Source of the DNA: Octopus vulgaris
Lineage: Eukaryota
Length of the DNA: 64,000 bases
Direction of reading: 5' to 3'
Assembly: GCA_951406725.2 (NCBI GenBank)
Contig: OX597823.1
Location: 68,014,001 to 68,078,000, forward strand
The translations under genes were made by a program, and so were the position numbers. Shown piece by piece: positions 13,185 to 24,904 of this stretch; the first letter of the stretch is position 1; each line of letters opens with the position of its first letter. The notes beneath the pieces are model-generated. The model was not told the origin of the DNA, searched no databases, and was given only the letters and a program-made list of their open reading frames with translations.

Positions 13185-13560
13185 TAATCCCAATTTCCTA
13201 ATTTTCCCCTTCTATCAATGTTCACAGAACACTTCAGTACAACAAAGAGTGAATAAAGACAACTTTCATCAATAAATATCTTCCACAACTCAATATAAAC
13301 ACATAACATAATACAGAGCACTACTAACCTTTCAATTAATACCACTAATCCCCATATTTCCCATACACCATTCACATTACAGATCTATATCTACCCTAAT
13401 TACACCAAATCTAGAACTACTTACCTCCCTTACACATAATCGTTTTACTCAGGGACTAGTAGACCTGACACCATTCATTAATCGATGTGCATTCAAAGCA
13501 ATGATTAGTAAATTCACAAAACCGGTATGATTTTGAATCTCTTTAACAATTCACAATAAT
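13185..13560 (+). mobile_element. Penelope-like element 3' end (GIY-YIG C-terminus plus pseudo-LTR with decayed hammerhead)
   Basis: Encodes NFLIFPFYQCSQNTSVQQRVNK / FINKYLPQLN; hammerhead-like motif at 13491-13538. Confidence 0.6.
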
Positions 13561-15354
13561 GACTTTTATTACTTTTATTCCTACGTCAGTTCATCTAATT
13601 GTATATATCTATTATATAGATATATACAAGCTATATATCTATATAGATTACTATATACAATAGTTGCTTTTCATAAAAAAACCTTTACTTTTTTTGATTT
13701 CCAATGTGCATTTTCGCTTATTTTTCTTCTTATTTCCCATTACATTTTTACATGTAGTTTCTATTTTCTTTTTGTAACATATTTCTAGTATATATATGTA
13801 TGTATTTATATATATATATATATATGATTCCCCTAATTATATATTCATGGTGCAGTAAAGTTACATAAGTAGAATAACCCTTTTTAATCCATATTTTATC
13901 AAATAAACACCACAACGAATAAGATAATTAAACAACTAGATAAGATTGTTGAACAATATACACTAATGAGATAATTCTATGCTCAACTTCAATATCCAGA
14001 ATAATTTAAATAAATTCCAAGTGACAAGTAATTCCATTAAAACAGAAAAAATATTATAAAGTGATTCCTTATAAAATGGGAAAAATATGAAGTTAAGAAA
14101 TGACAAAAATATAATATTTGTCTATACTGAAGTCACTAACAAATATCTGTATATGAATGGAGACTGTGATTGTCCATACAGGCAATAAATATCTATGGTA
14201 AAATCCTAACTCAAGAGCATTTAGAGAGAAGCACTACATGAAACACTACAAAAAGAAATCTATGGAATAAAAGTAAATATGTGATCAAAAAGTTGTAAAA
14301 TAGGATGTATCAAACATTACACCTAATCACAAACAAACATGAACAATATAAAATCCAGAATCAAAAACCTCTGCAACAATATGCAACAAGTCTGCATGCT
14401 GCTAAATAAACTTCTGATGACCATTGTTATCTAAAGATTTGTATGCAGACATAGAAGTTCTGAACTTCACAACTCCAACAGTTATACTGGTCATATGAAG
14501 TATTATTCTTTCTCGTCGGCTCCCCATGCATTTACAACAAGGAGCCATGGCAACATAGCACAATATAAAACAAAACTAGACAAGAAAATATTGACAAGTA
14601 TACAAAATTCCCAAACAAACGAAGTTCACTCCCTGATGTCTGACAAAAAAAACCCAAAAAAACTGAAACCCTGTAGCAAGCACATTATTAACACAGCAAT
14701 CCCCGTGATTCCTTCACAATATAAAACTGCAGAAACAAACATAACTGAAGACTTGAAAACAAAACAATTTTATCCAGAAGATGTGACATCATGTGTGAGG
14801 AGGTATTAAAGTTCGAGATAAATCGAGAAAAAATTTCAATGAAATACAGTGTTTTTCATGATACATATTTACATGAAAAGATGTTCCCTATGGATATATA
14901 AAGAGTGTGTGTGCGTGCATGTGTGTGTATGCATGTGTGTGTGAAGGTATGTATGCATGAATGTATGTGTGTGTGTATATATGTATGGGTGGATAGATGA
15001 ATGCATGCCGCATATATTTATATATATATGTATACATACATATGTATTTATGTATGCATGTGAGTATATATCAATATTGAGGTTTGGTAGTACAGACAAT
15101 ATAAATTCAAAGTATGTGCATAGACTACTTTGTAATATCTGATTAAAAGTAATACATCACATGCACATATGCATATACACACACATACACATGTATATAT
15201 ACACATAATATATATATATATATACATACACACACACACACACACTTAAATAAATATATATATACATTATAATATATGATTAAAAATAATACACAGACAG
15301 ACACACACACATCCATCCATCCATCCATCCATACATACATACATACATAAATTT

Positions 15355-16400
15355 AGTAGAAAGTTCTGAGGTGATAGTAACATTGATCATCAAAGCAGTC
15401 TATCATGGACCAACAACCTGATTACTACCTCCCACATTGAATGGTATGCATTTGCAATCCAGGAACAGGAAATATGAACCAAATACCTGACACAGAAAAG
15501 GGAAAGTGATGCAAGAAGAGCAGCAAAATGGGTCTACTGATGCAGACTTTGTGGAGTTAACATCAAAGATATCACCCGCATCAAAAGCAGTTGTCTGAAA
15601 ATATCATCATGGTATTATCTACCAATGAGACATGATGTTGTAGCTAGGATACAGTAAAATGAGATCTGTTAGAAGGATAACCCTAAGGACAAAAAAAAAA
15701 AAGAACTCACAGTACAGTGGAAGCCATAACCATTCACAATAAAAAGGAGTACTGGTGGAATGTTCCAGTGAAAACCTCAGTAAAATGTAAACATAATAGA
15801 CCTGACATAAATGATTTAGATTAGCATAAAGAAGAGAAAATGTGTACAGCTGCAGAAATCAGCTATCCAGTGGATGTTAACATAAAGCTAAAGATCAGCA
15901 AAAAAGAAAATATCTATGCTGAATTATTGAGAAATTTGCAGTTACTCTATTCAGATTACAAGTTCGGGTTTATACCTGTAATTATTGGGGCACTGGGATA
16001 TGTAGCACACTTCCAAAATACCAATCTTGGGAAATTAGGCTTCTCAAAACCAGAAAGGAGAAAGCTGATCTGAAAACTGCAGATGAAAGCTATCACCGGA
16101 ACTGTAAAAATCTGTAAAATTTCTCAGAAGTTTATCATTTAAGTGTATATAAGCATGTCTAGATATGTAACTATATGCATGAGTATATATACATAAAATA
16201 AAAGATACAAATCTGCACATATATATACATAAACACACACACACATACACATACATACATACATACATACATGCATGCATACATAGAAACAAAAATATAT
16301 TGTTGTTGATGTTGAAATTCCAATGAAGGAGCCTTGCATCAAGGTTAGAAACTGGCTCTTTCTGTAGTGACAAGAAATCTTGAAATAAAAGTGAACAATG
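15355..16400 (+). mobile_element. 5'-truncated R4/Dong-clade non-LTR retrotransposon (restriction-like endonuclease)
   Basis: Encodes CRLCGVNIKDITRIKSSC (decayed CCHC), MRHD, HNRPDI, EISYPVD, KENIY and PVIIGALG; flanked on both sides by (CATA)n. Confidence 0.85.
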
Positions 16401-16931
16401 ACATACATACATGCATGCATGCATCCATCCATCCATACATCCATATAGACAGACAAACAGACAGGTAAGCAGATAAATACATAGATAAATGGATAGACAC
16501 ACAGACATATAGATAGATAGATATATAGATGGATGGATGGATAGATACACAAATAGATAGATAGATAAATGTGTGTGTGTGCATATATATATATGAACTA
16601 CTGCTACAGCTCCAACCACCACTACCACCACAGTCACTACTACTACTACGACCAACTATCTCTACTACTACTGCTATTACAGCAAATGATTCTAGTCAAC
16701 ACATGAGACAGCCATTATGTTCCCACACACAAAACACCACCATGTGGACTCTGTTGAGACTAGTAAGAAATAATTATGAACTTTTCTTTCATTACACTTA
16801 ACTTTTAAAAATATATATTTTTGGTAAGGTTCGTTTTTTCAAGAAAAACCGAAACATAAAATCTCTTAGAAAATTAAAATTTATCTTATATAGTGGCGTT
16901 TTCAAACTTCTTCTATATATATATATATATA

Positions 16932-17110
16932 TAACCAAATTTATAGAAAACAAAACACGAAGACAGGTATGGGAGCAACAAGCAGACAAACTAGTTTGAT
17001 CCTCGGGATGAATGGAAAAGTCTTTGATGTTCTGAGACTATGCTCTTTGACAGGAAGGGTTGAGAAGAAGAAATAGGGAGAGAATGGGAAAAAAATGGAG
17101 AGAGAAAACA
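16932..17110 (-). mobile_element. Short repeat abutting (AT)n, probable Penelope-like terminal repeat
   Basis: Related to 19972-20065 (shared acgaagacaggt and gaaaagtct); decayed hammerhead-like motif at 17026-17053. Confidence 0.45.
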
Positions 17111-17139
17111 ATGTAAGAGGATTAATGTTTCAACAGTAC

Positions 17140-17332
17140 AGATAGATAGATAGATAAAAAATAGCTTGGTAGGTAGATAGACAGACAGACAAACAGATAG
17201 ACAGACAGACAGATAGATAGATAAAAAGATAGCTAAATAGGTAGACAGACAGACAGATAGGCAGATAGATAAAAAGAAAGCTAAATAGGTAGACAGACAG
17301 ACAGATTGATAGATAGATAGTTAGATAGATAA

Positions 17333-17402
<70 letters not shown>
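17140..17402. repeat. (GATA)n/(GACA)n microsatellite
   Basis: Seen directly. Confidence 0.95.
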
Positions 17403-17403
<1 letters not shown>

Positions 17404-17927
17404 TATGTATTTGAGTTAGTGTATATTTGCATCTTGTCATTGTCTTGATATTGTTTGGACACTGCATAAACAGTACTATCATGTAAATGGTATCATTGTT
17501 TCATGTACAGTAAAAACTGAGATGTTTGTTGTTCAAAAACCCAAGAGAAACTGTAGCTTAACTAAAAAACCAGATTATCAGGTTGCAGAAAACTTTACTC
17601 AGTGTGTCTTGTCTGACCATGCTAGGAAGGAAAATGTCTGGTATTATTTTTGAATAAGCCTGCTGGCTATCTGTGTCATTAGTGCCTGAAAAGACACTGA
17701 AATTCTATATTATGTTGATAGTGAGATTTGCTTGAAAAACCAGAGCAGGGTGAAATAATGTGATCTAGCAGTTCACATGACTCTCATCTGCCAATGATAT
17801 AATATGTATGTTTTTCTGCAGCATGCATCCATATGAGAGAGATTTTTCTCAATGTAAATAAAGCAGTGTTCTGACACATTTGTGTTAAGCTGGATACAAA
17901 TATGTATATATATATATATATACACAC

Positions 17928-18215
17928 AGGTGTGGCTTTGTGGTAAGAAGCTTGCTTCCCAGTCACATGGTTCCGGGTGGTAACTATGTGTGTGTGTGTC
18001 TGTGCTTGTCACCACCATCACCACCACTATCACTTGACAACTGGTGTTGGTGTGTTTATGCCCCTGTAACTTAGTGGTTCAGCAAAAGAATCTGATAGAA
18101 TGAGTACCAGGCTTTAAAAAGAAATAACTACTGGGGTTGATATATTCAACTGTAGAAAATTTTTCAAAGCAGATCCTCAGCAGGGCTACAATCTAATGAG
18201 TGAGACCAGTAAAAG
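17928..18215 (+). mobile_element. SINE family B (internally deleted)
   Basis: Head aggtgtggctttgtggtaagaagcttgcttcccagtcacatggttccggg plus family B tail. Confidence 0.8.
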
Positions 18216-18252
<37 letters not shown>

Positions 18253-18254
<2 letters not shown>

Positions 18255-19523
18255 GGGTCATCCCATAAATAATGTGGTATTCATACTTCTTTCATCTTTC
18301 AAAATTAAGATAAACAAAGTTCATTTTTATTTTAAAATACACTCTCCTTCATTTTCTACAATGTTCTTCCATCTATCTGGTAGACTTGCAAGGCTCCTCT
18401 TCCAAATTTCATTTGTCTGTGATGAAAAGTACTCCTCCAGTACTGTTCTGATCATGTCCTCAAAATTCATATTTTTTCCACCCAAATGATTTTGAAGACT
18501 GCAGAATAAATGATAATCAGATGAGGCAATGCCCAGTGAATATGGTGGGTGGGGTATTGTTTCCCATTCAAACTGCTTCAGCCTTTGGAATGTCATCCTC
18601 GGTGTATGTGGCCAAGCATTAACCTGATGGAAGAACATCTTTAGTCTTGAAACCAAAGATGGTTGTTTTTCTTCTAGTGCTGACTTAAACTACTCAAGCT
18701 GCTTGCAGTAGATCTCCTTTGTTATCAGTTGGGTTGGGTTTAAAAGTTTAAAGTGGACTAAACCTTTCATATATCACCAAACAGATAGCAAAATCTTACG
18801 TGGGTGAAGACCTTTAACCTGGGTTGCTAGTGTTTCTCCTTTCCATAGCCACTGTCTTTGGTGCATGACATTTTTATAGAGAACACATTTTTCATCACCA
18901 GTTACTATTTGGTTGAAAAAGGGTTCATTCATGTGATATGATAGCAAAGAACACACATTCACTCTCTGCACACAATTAGAAAGTTTGTGAAGAACCCATT
19001 GACTCAATTAGCTGACTTTTCCAATGGCATGTAGGTGTCAATGAATGGTTGAACCAAATCCAAGCTTCTCTGCAAGTTCCTCAACAGTTACAATGGGATT
19101 TTATTCCACTAGGGCTTGCAGATCCTCATTGAGCTCTGCAGATCTTCCAAGATGAGGCTTGTCTTCTAAACTGTAGTTTTTGGTTTGGAATTTCTGGAAT
19201 CACTGTTGACACTGGCTTATGGTTACTGTCTGATCCCCATTATACTGCATTAATATTCCTTACATTTTCTGTTGCACTGTTGCTTTTATTGAACTCATAA
19301 AGCAAAATATGCTGAATATACTCCTTTGTCACTTCTATTATAGCTTTGAAAAATTAACTGTTAAAATAGAACTGCACTCTTCAAAATTTGCACTAAGAAT
19401 AAGGAAAAGGGTAAAATTACTACCTGCTTTTATAGCAAGCTGATGCAGGTAGTTTATCCTGTCCCTCTCTGACTTTTAGTTTATGCAGTTGAAACAAAAC
19501 GCATTATTTATGGGATGACCCAA
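18253..19523 (-). mobile_element. Full-length decayed mariner (DD34D-type) transposon
   Basis: TIRs tgggtcatcccataaataatg / cattatttatgggatgaccca in TA context. Motifs WVLHKL, IVTGDEKC, FHQVNAWPH and PPYSLGIASSDYHLF; frameshifts and stops present. Confidence 0.93.
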
Positions 19524-19724
19524 TATATATTTACACCTGCATGAATATTGAGTTCATGCATATGTTTCACCAATGTACTCAGAACTGAATATTCCAAGTG
19601 CATTTGGATGCCTAACTGTAACAGAACTCTAAGGAAACACTTTATTGCACTATTACAGGGAATCTATGTGGAGAACTAATTCATACAGTAGTAGCTGTAC
19701 ATCTATCTGTACACATAAGATACA

Positions 19725-19946
19725 CAGTAATCCCTTGCCATATCATGGTTCACCTATCATGGTTTATTATTTAAGCTTACGTCAATTCTTCCATGATGTT
19801 GTTTTGCATTTATAATAAAATAAATATATGCAAATTACAAAAGTAAAAAAAAAAATATACAGTACAGTACCATTTCTACTTTGCAAATTTTCATTTATCA
19901 CAGGGGATTTTGGAATGTAACACCTGCGATAGTCGAGGGATTACTG
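19725..19946. mobile_element. Tigger/pogo-type MITE
   Basis: TIRs cagtaatccct / agggattactg, with TA at the right end. Confidence 0.8.
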
Positions 19947-20061
19947 TATGTATATATATATATATATATATAGGGAGAGTTTATGAAAAAACCAAAAGAC
20001 GAAGACAGGTGGTGTACAAAACAAACAGATGTATTAGTATAATGCTCAGGAATAGAAAAAG

Positions 20062-20096
<35 letters not shown>

Positions 20097-20189
20097 CAGA
20101 AAGCATTACAGGAATAATTGATAGCTTATTTTATCTAGGTGGTCTAATCAGCGGTGGATGAGAGAATTATGGAAATATAGGGACCAGAA

Positions 20190-20730
20190 TTAGAATAGGT
20201 GAAAAATGTACTGGGAGATATTACCTCTGAAGGTAACAAGCATATTCTCTATCCAAACAAACGCTAGAGTATACAATGCATGTACATGAATTGCAGTGCT
20301 GCATAGTAGCAGATGTGGAAAATGAATGTAGAAAATATGCAAAGGCTGGAAAAAAATGAAGCATGATCTACTATATGTAAAATGTCAATGTGCATGACTG
20401 ATAAGGTATAAATAAGTTGAGAGAACAACTAGGTATAAGAAGACCCAGTTGTGGCATGCAAGAGTGACACATATGCTTGTATGAACATGTAAGCATATGG
20501 ATGAGTAACTGGTGGGTGAATAAGTGACTGGAAATTCATGTGGAAGCAACAAATAGAAGAGGAAGACCAAGGAAGACATGGGCAGAATTGGGAAAGGCTG
20601 ATGAACCTCACAAAAGAGAGGACAAAAGCAAAGCAACAAATGGCAGAATGCTATGTTACAGAGGATCTGAGCAACCTGTACAGACATGAGAAAATGAGCA
20701 TAAAAATGAGGATGATAACAATGATAATGT
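20190..20730 (+). mobile_element. Degenerate RTE LINE 3' fragment
   Basis: Similar to 25700-26130 (tacaatgcatgt.catgaa.tgc, agaggaagacc.aggaagacatgg); ends in a (gat)n tail. Confidence 0.65.
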
Positions 20731-21555
20731 ATGTATAGCCACACATACATGTGCACTGTGTTTGTGTGCATGTGTATGTATGCATGTATGTGTGTGTGTG
20801 TGTGTGTGTTTTCCTGGAGACTATTATATTTTGACAGTCTCATATTCTGGACAGTCTTATATTCACCCACTGTGATTGTTGTTCACAGAAAGATTCTCCC
20901 TTTTTATACTCTCTGGTGGCAGGTATAGTTCTTGGAAGAAAACATTCTGAAGTAAAAAAAAAAATCTCACCAGGAAGTAAGACTAAACCAGACACAAAAA
21001 CGAAGTCTAATATTAGATTTTGTCATCTATTCTTACACTGTATGGACTTGTATCACAATCTTAGATAATTCACAATTTTATGAATATTTATGGAAGCATT
21101 ATCTTGCTATATCTTGCTAAGACTAATTATGGTACATCTATGGAATGTGATTGTGTCTTATTACCAAATATATATACATATACATACATACATACATATA
21201 TATTAATAATAAAGAGTAAAATCATAAATTAGTTTTACCAAGTGGTCAGCACGAAAATAAAACCTCATAGCTAAATTGATATAAATATTTTATAATTGTA
21301 TACAGAATTATAACAAGGGCTTGGTTTGCGCCTCACCACGCACTGAAAAATAGACATCAAAAGACACTATTACATGCAGGTAGAAGCAAAGGCCTTACGT
21401 ACAGCATCAAAGATTGGTTTATGTAGCCACCTGAAGGTGGTTTTGGGCTGCTCTTTCTTATGATCTTTATGATGTTTGGACATGAAGAAAACTCCCATAA
21501 AATCATATATATATCTGTATATATATATATATACCTGTATAAATCTGTATATATA

Positions 21556-21600
<45 letters not shown>

Positions 21601-21738
21601 GTGTGTGTACGTGTGTGTGTGCATGCATGCACACACCCACCCACCCACATAAACGTATGCACATATATATGTATTTGTGCGTGTTTATCTATCCATCTAG
21701 CTGTCTGTCTGTCTCTCTACATATTTATATATATATAT

Positions 21739-21780
<42 letters not shown>

Positions 21781-24089
21781 TATATACATTCTTGTTTCTT
21801 TATATTTCATTCCCTTTTCCTGCTTTTTGGGTTTTGTTATCTAATTCTATCACATTTTCAAAACTTTTTCCATTTTTATTTTCCATTCCACTATCTATTC
21901 CCTTTATTCTATACAATTATTTTTCTCTTCTCTCATTTTCGACCTTTCAAATTTGCTTTCCAGCTTTCACTTTATTTATCTATCTATCACTCACAACCCT
22001 TCACAAACACACATACACATTCAATGACAAAATGCCACCCACTTCATTTCAGGAAGAGTGGTGATAATATGCTGGGTTGAGGTTTGAGATTAGAAAGAAT
22101 AGGGATAAAATTTTCAATCTAATGATAGGTCTTGGGAATAACATTTTCTAGTGAAAGAGTTTGAAATTTTCTGCTTGGCTAATTTTGTGATTGCATTGAT
22201 GATGGATTAGTTTGATATTGCAGAATATGTGGAAAAGTTTCTGTGTACTTGTGTACTTGGTCGTGAAAAAAAGAGAGAAAAAAAAAGAAAAAAACAATAA
22301 AAAAATCAACAATGGAATAAAAAAAATACCCTCTTATCACAAGGGATGAGACAGAATACTTGCTTCAATATCCATAACATTCCACTAATTTGAACAAATT
22401 GTATATTGGTAAGCCAAAGTCAATGAAATTATCCACCAAGTGATCGCTCAACTCACTAGAAAGAGAAACCAAATCTCCCTCACATCACACCCTACAACCT
22501 TAGAAATGATCATATGCTCCCAGCTGCTCATAGGTTTGTTCATTGAAAACTGATTTGTGGTAAACAACAACAGCTGTAGCCATTGCTGCAGCCACCACAA
22601 TCGCCAACGTTATATACATTTTTGATAGAAATGTTTCATTAATCCTGCTTGCTTTAAAATTTACATATTGCTGAGGGAGTTTGGGGGTGGTAGGTTAAAT
22701 AAATTGAGGTAGAGGTAAACAGGTACATAATAGCAGAACTGGTGTATAGCAAAAGCCAGTATACTTGATTCTTAATAGATCAAATTATTTATGTGTAATT
22801 ATCAACCACATGCTTATACATATATCTCAGTTTTATTAGTAATGATGATACTATAATATCAATGAGTGTTTAGTAGACTTTCTGTTAACATTTTTTTGGA
22901 AAATACTACTAGCAATGGATTGATGTCTTACTACTGGAGTAAAAATAACTATTCTTCACTTAATGCTTCAGAAGTCAAGGTGCTGGCCTTACTACCATAG
23001 AGGGCTGTCAAAAGATTAAATTTCCTTTTTCTCTTGCCTCACACAAATTCACATAAATCCATTATGAAAGTGAATCTCACCAATTCAGTGATACGTTTTC
23101 AAAGGAACAACAAAGTGAAGTTTAGTCTTATAAAAGGTACCCAACTTCTGCTTAAACGAGCTGCTTATATAAACATAAAAAATACTATCTACTGATTCAT
23201 GTGTGCGCATATATGTTTGTGTACATATTCTTAAACACTCAGCATGTTTGAATAGCTAAGTTGATTTCACAATTACAAGGTCCTTGGTTAAATTTCATTG
23301 CATCCTGGGCAAGTATTTTCTAGCATTGTATCGAGTAGAGATTGGGTCAATGTGAATGCCCTTTAAATGAACTGCAATTCAAAGGGCCAGCAGTGTCATT
23401 CACTGTGTTACACCAACTCTGTAAGAAGATAAAGTAAGGGTCTATTTATTTATTGAATACCCAGCTGCATGTACAATGAACAATGAATAGTTCAGGTGAT
23501 TGAAAAACTGCAGGTGATTGAAAAACTGTATCACTGAAGCCAATGAAAGATTTTACAGATGTAATGAAGAAAAAAAGCAAGAACAAGATATCCCTTTGAA
23601 TCAGTCATCCTTAAAATGGTGGAGACTATTATTATTCTTAATGGGCATTAAATAAAATACTCCTTTGAAATTTATCTTACTATCATATATTATATTGAGA
23701 AACTGAATGGACTGCTAGTGATATATGCTAGTGGGTACAGGGAATTATATGCAGAAGCAGGAGGCATTAGATTAAAAATATTTAAGAGATAAAACAGATT
23801 TTAATATCTAAATTAGATCTTAGCTCATGATCAAGTGTCTTATCTTTGTGTACATAAACTCTGTTGGATTAGACTCTTATTTGAAACCTTTTATTTCTAA
23901 ACTCACAGTAATACTCTTTTGTCCACTTGTATACATGACAACAGCCTGTTCTGAGCTTGAATTTAATCTGTTGCTATGTACACATCCATAAAAAAGAAGA
24001 CGCCTGAAAACTATCAGTGATCAAATCAAACCAGGAACTAGGATGGCAAATTGACAGTCATTAAAGCATTGGGTAGAATGCCTCATAGA

Positions 24090-24320
24090 AAGGCGGCGAG
24101 CTGGTAAAAGTGTTAGCGCGTCGGCCAAAATGCTTAGCGGTATTTCATCTGCTCCTACGTTCTGAGTTAAAATTCCACCGAGGTTGACTTTGCCCTTCAT
24201 CCTTTCGGGATCAATAAATTAAGTACCAGTTACACACTGGGGTCGATGTAATCGACAATCTCTTTGTCTGTCCTTGTTTGTCCCCTCTATGTTTAGACCC
24301 TTGTGAACAATAAAGAAATA
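24090..24320 (+). mobile_element. SINE family A (well-preserved copy)
   Basis: aggcggcgagctggtaaaagtgttagcgcg...gagttaaaattccaccgaggttgactttgcccttcatcctttcgggatcaataaattaagtaccag. Direct repeat agaatgcctcatag flanks it on both sides (TSD). Confidence 0.9.
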
Positions 24321-24904
24321 AGAATGCCTCATAGTACTTGTCTGACTACGTTCTCTGACAACAAATTCCACAGAGGTCAACATTGCATTTCTTCTTTTTG
24401 GGGTCAATAAAACTAAGTACTAATCCAGAGCAGTGGATGGTTGAACTGGAAGTGTGCTGGACCAGATGCCTTGTGGTATTTATTCTGAATCTTTGTATTC
24501 AGAGATCAAATCCTGCTATGGTCTACTTGGTTAACAGACTTAATCACTCAGTTTAATACCATCACCTGGCTCTTGAGTGCCTTTTGTGGATTTAATATGT
24601 TGTAAGCGCTTGGGCAAGGTATCCAGTTTGACAGTACTTTACTCACACTAATCTTGGAGACTGTGTAAAGCAGGAGCCCCCAACCACCATGCCATAGATC
24701 ATTTGGTATTGGACTACACGGAAAGAATAAATTTCTAAATCTTATTTCTATTCCACTGACTATCACAGTCTGCAGCATATTTTTGCATTATATATGTATT
24801 ATATATGTAATAATTAAATTCTATATAATGCACTTTATTGGATTTTGTTATGCATATGATTCCTTGGTCCACAGAAAAATTGTCTTACATAAGTATTACT
24901 AGTG

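Noticed and set aside
13900-14830. A-rich coding-like stretch including ORF 14495-14809
   Set aside because: It is probably a decayed retroelement, but I could not identify diagnostic motifs, so it is left unannotated.
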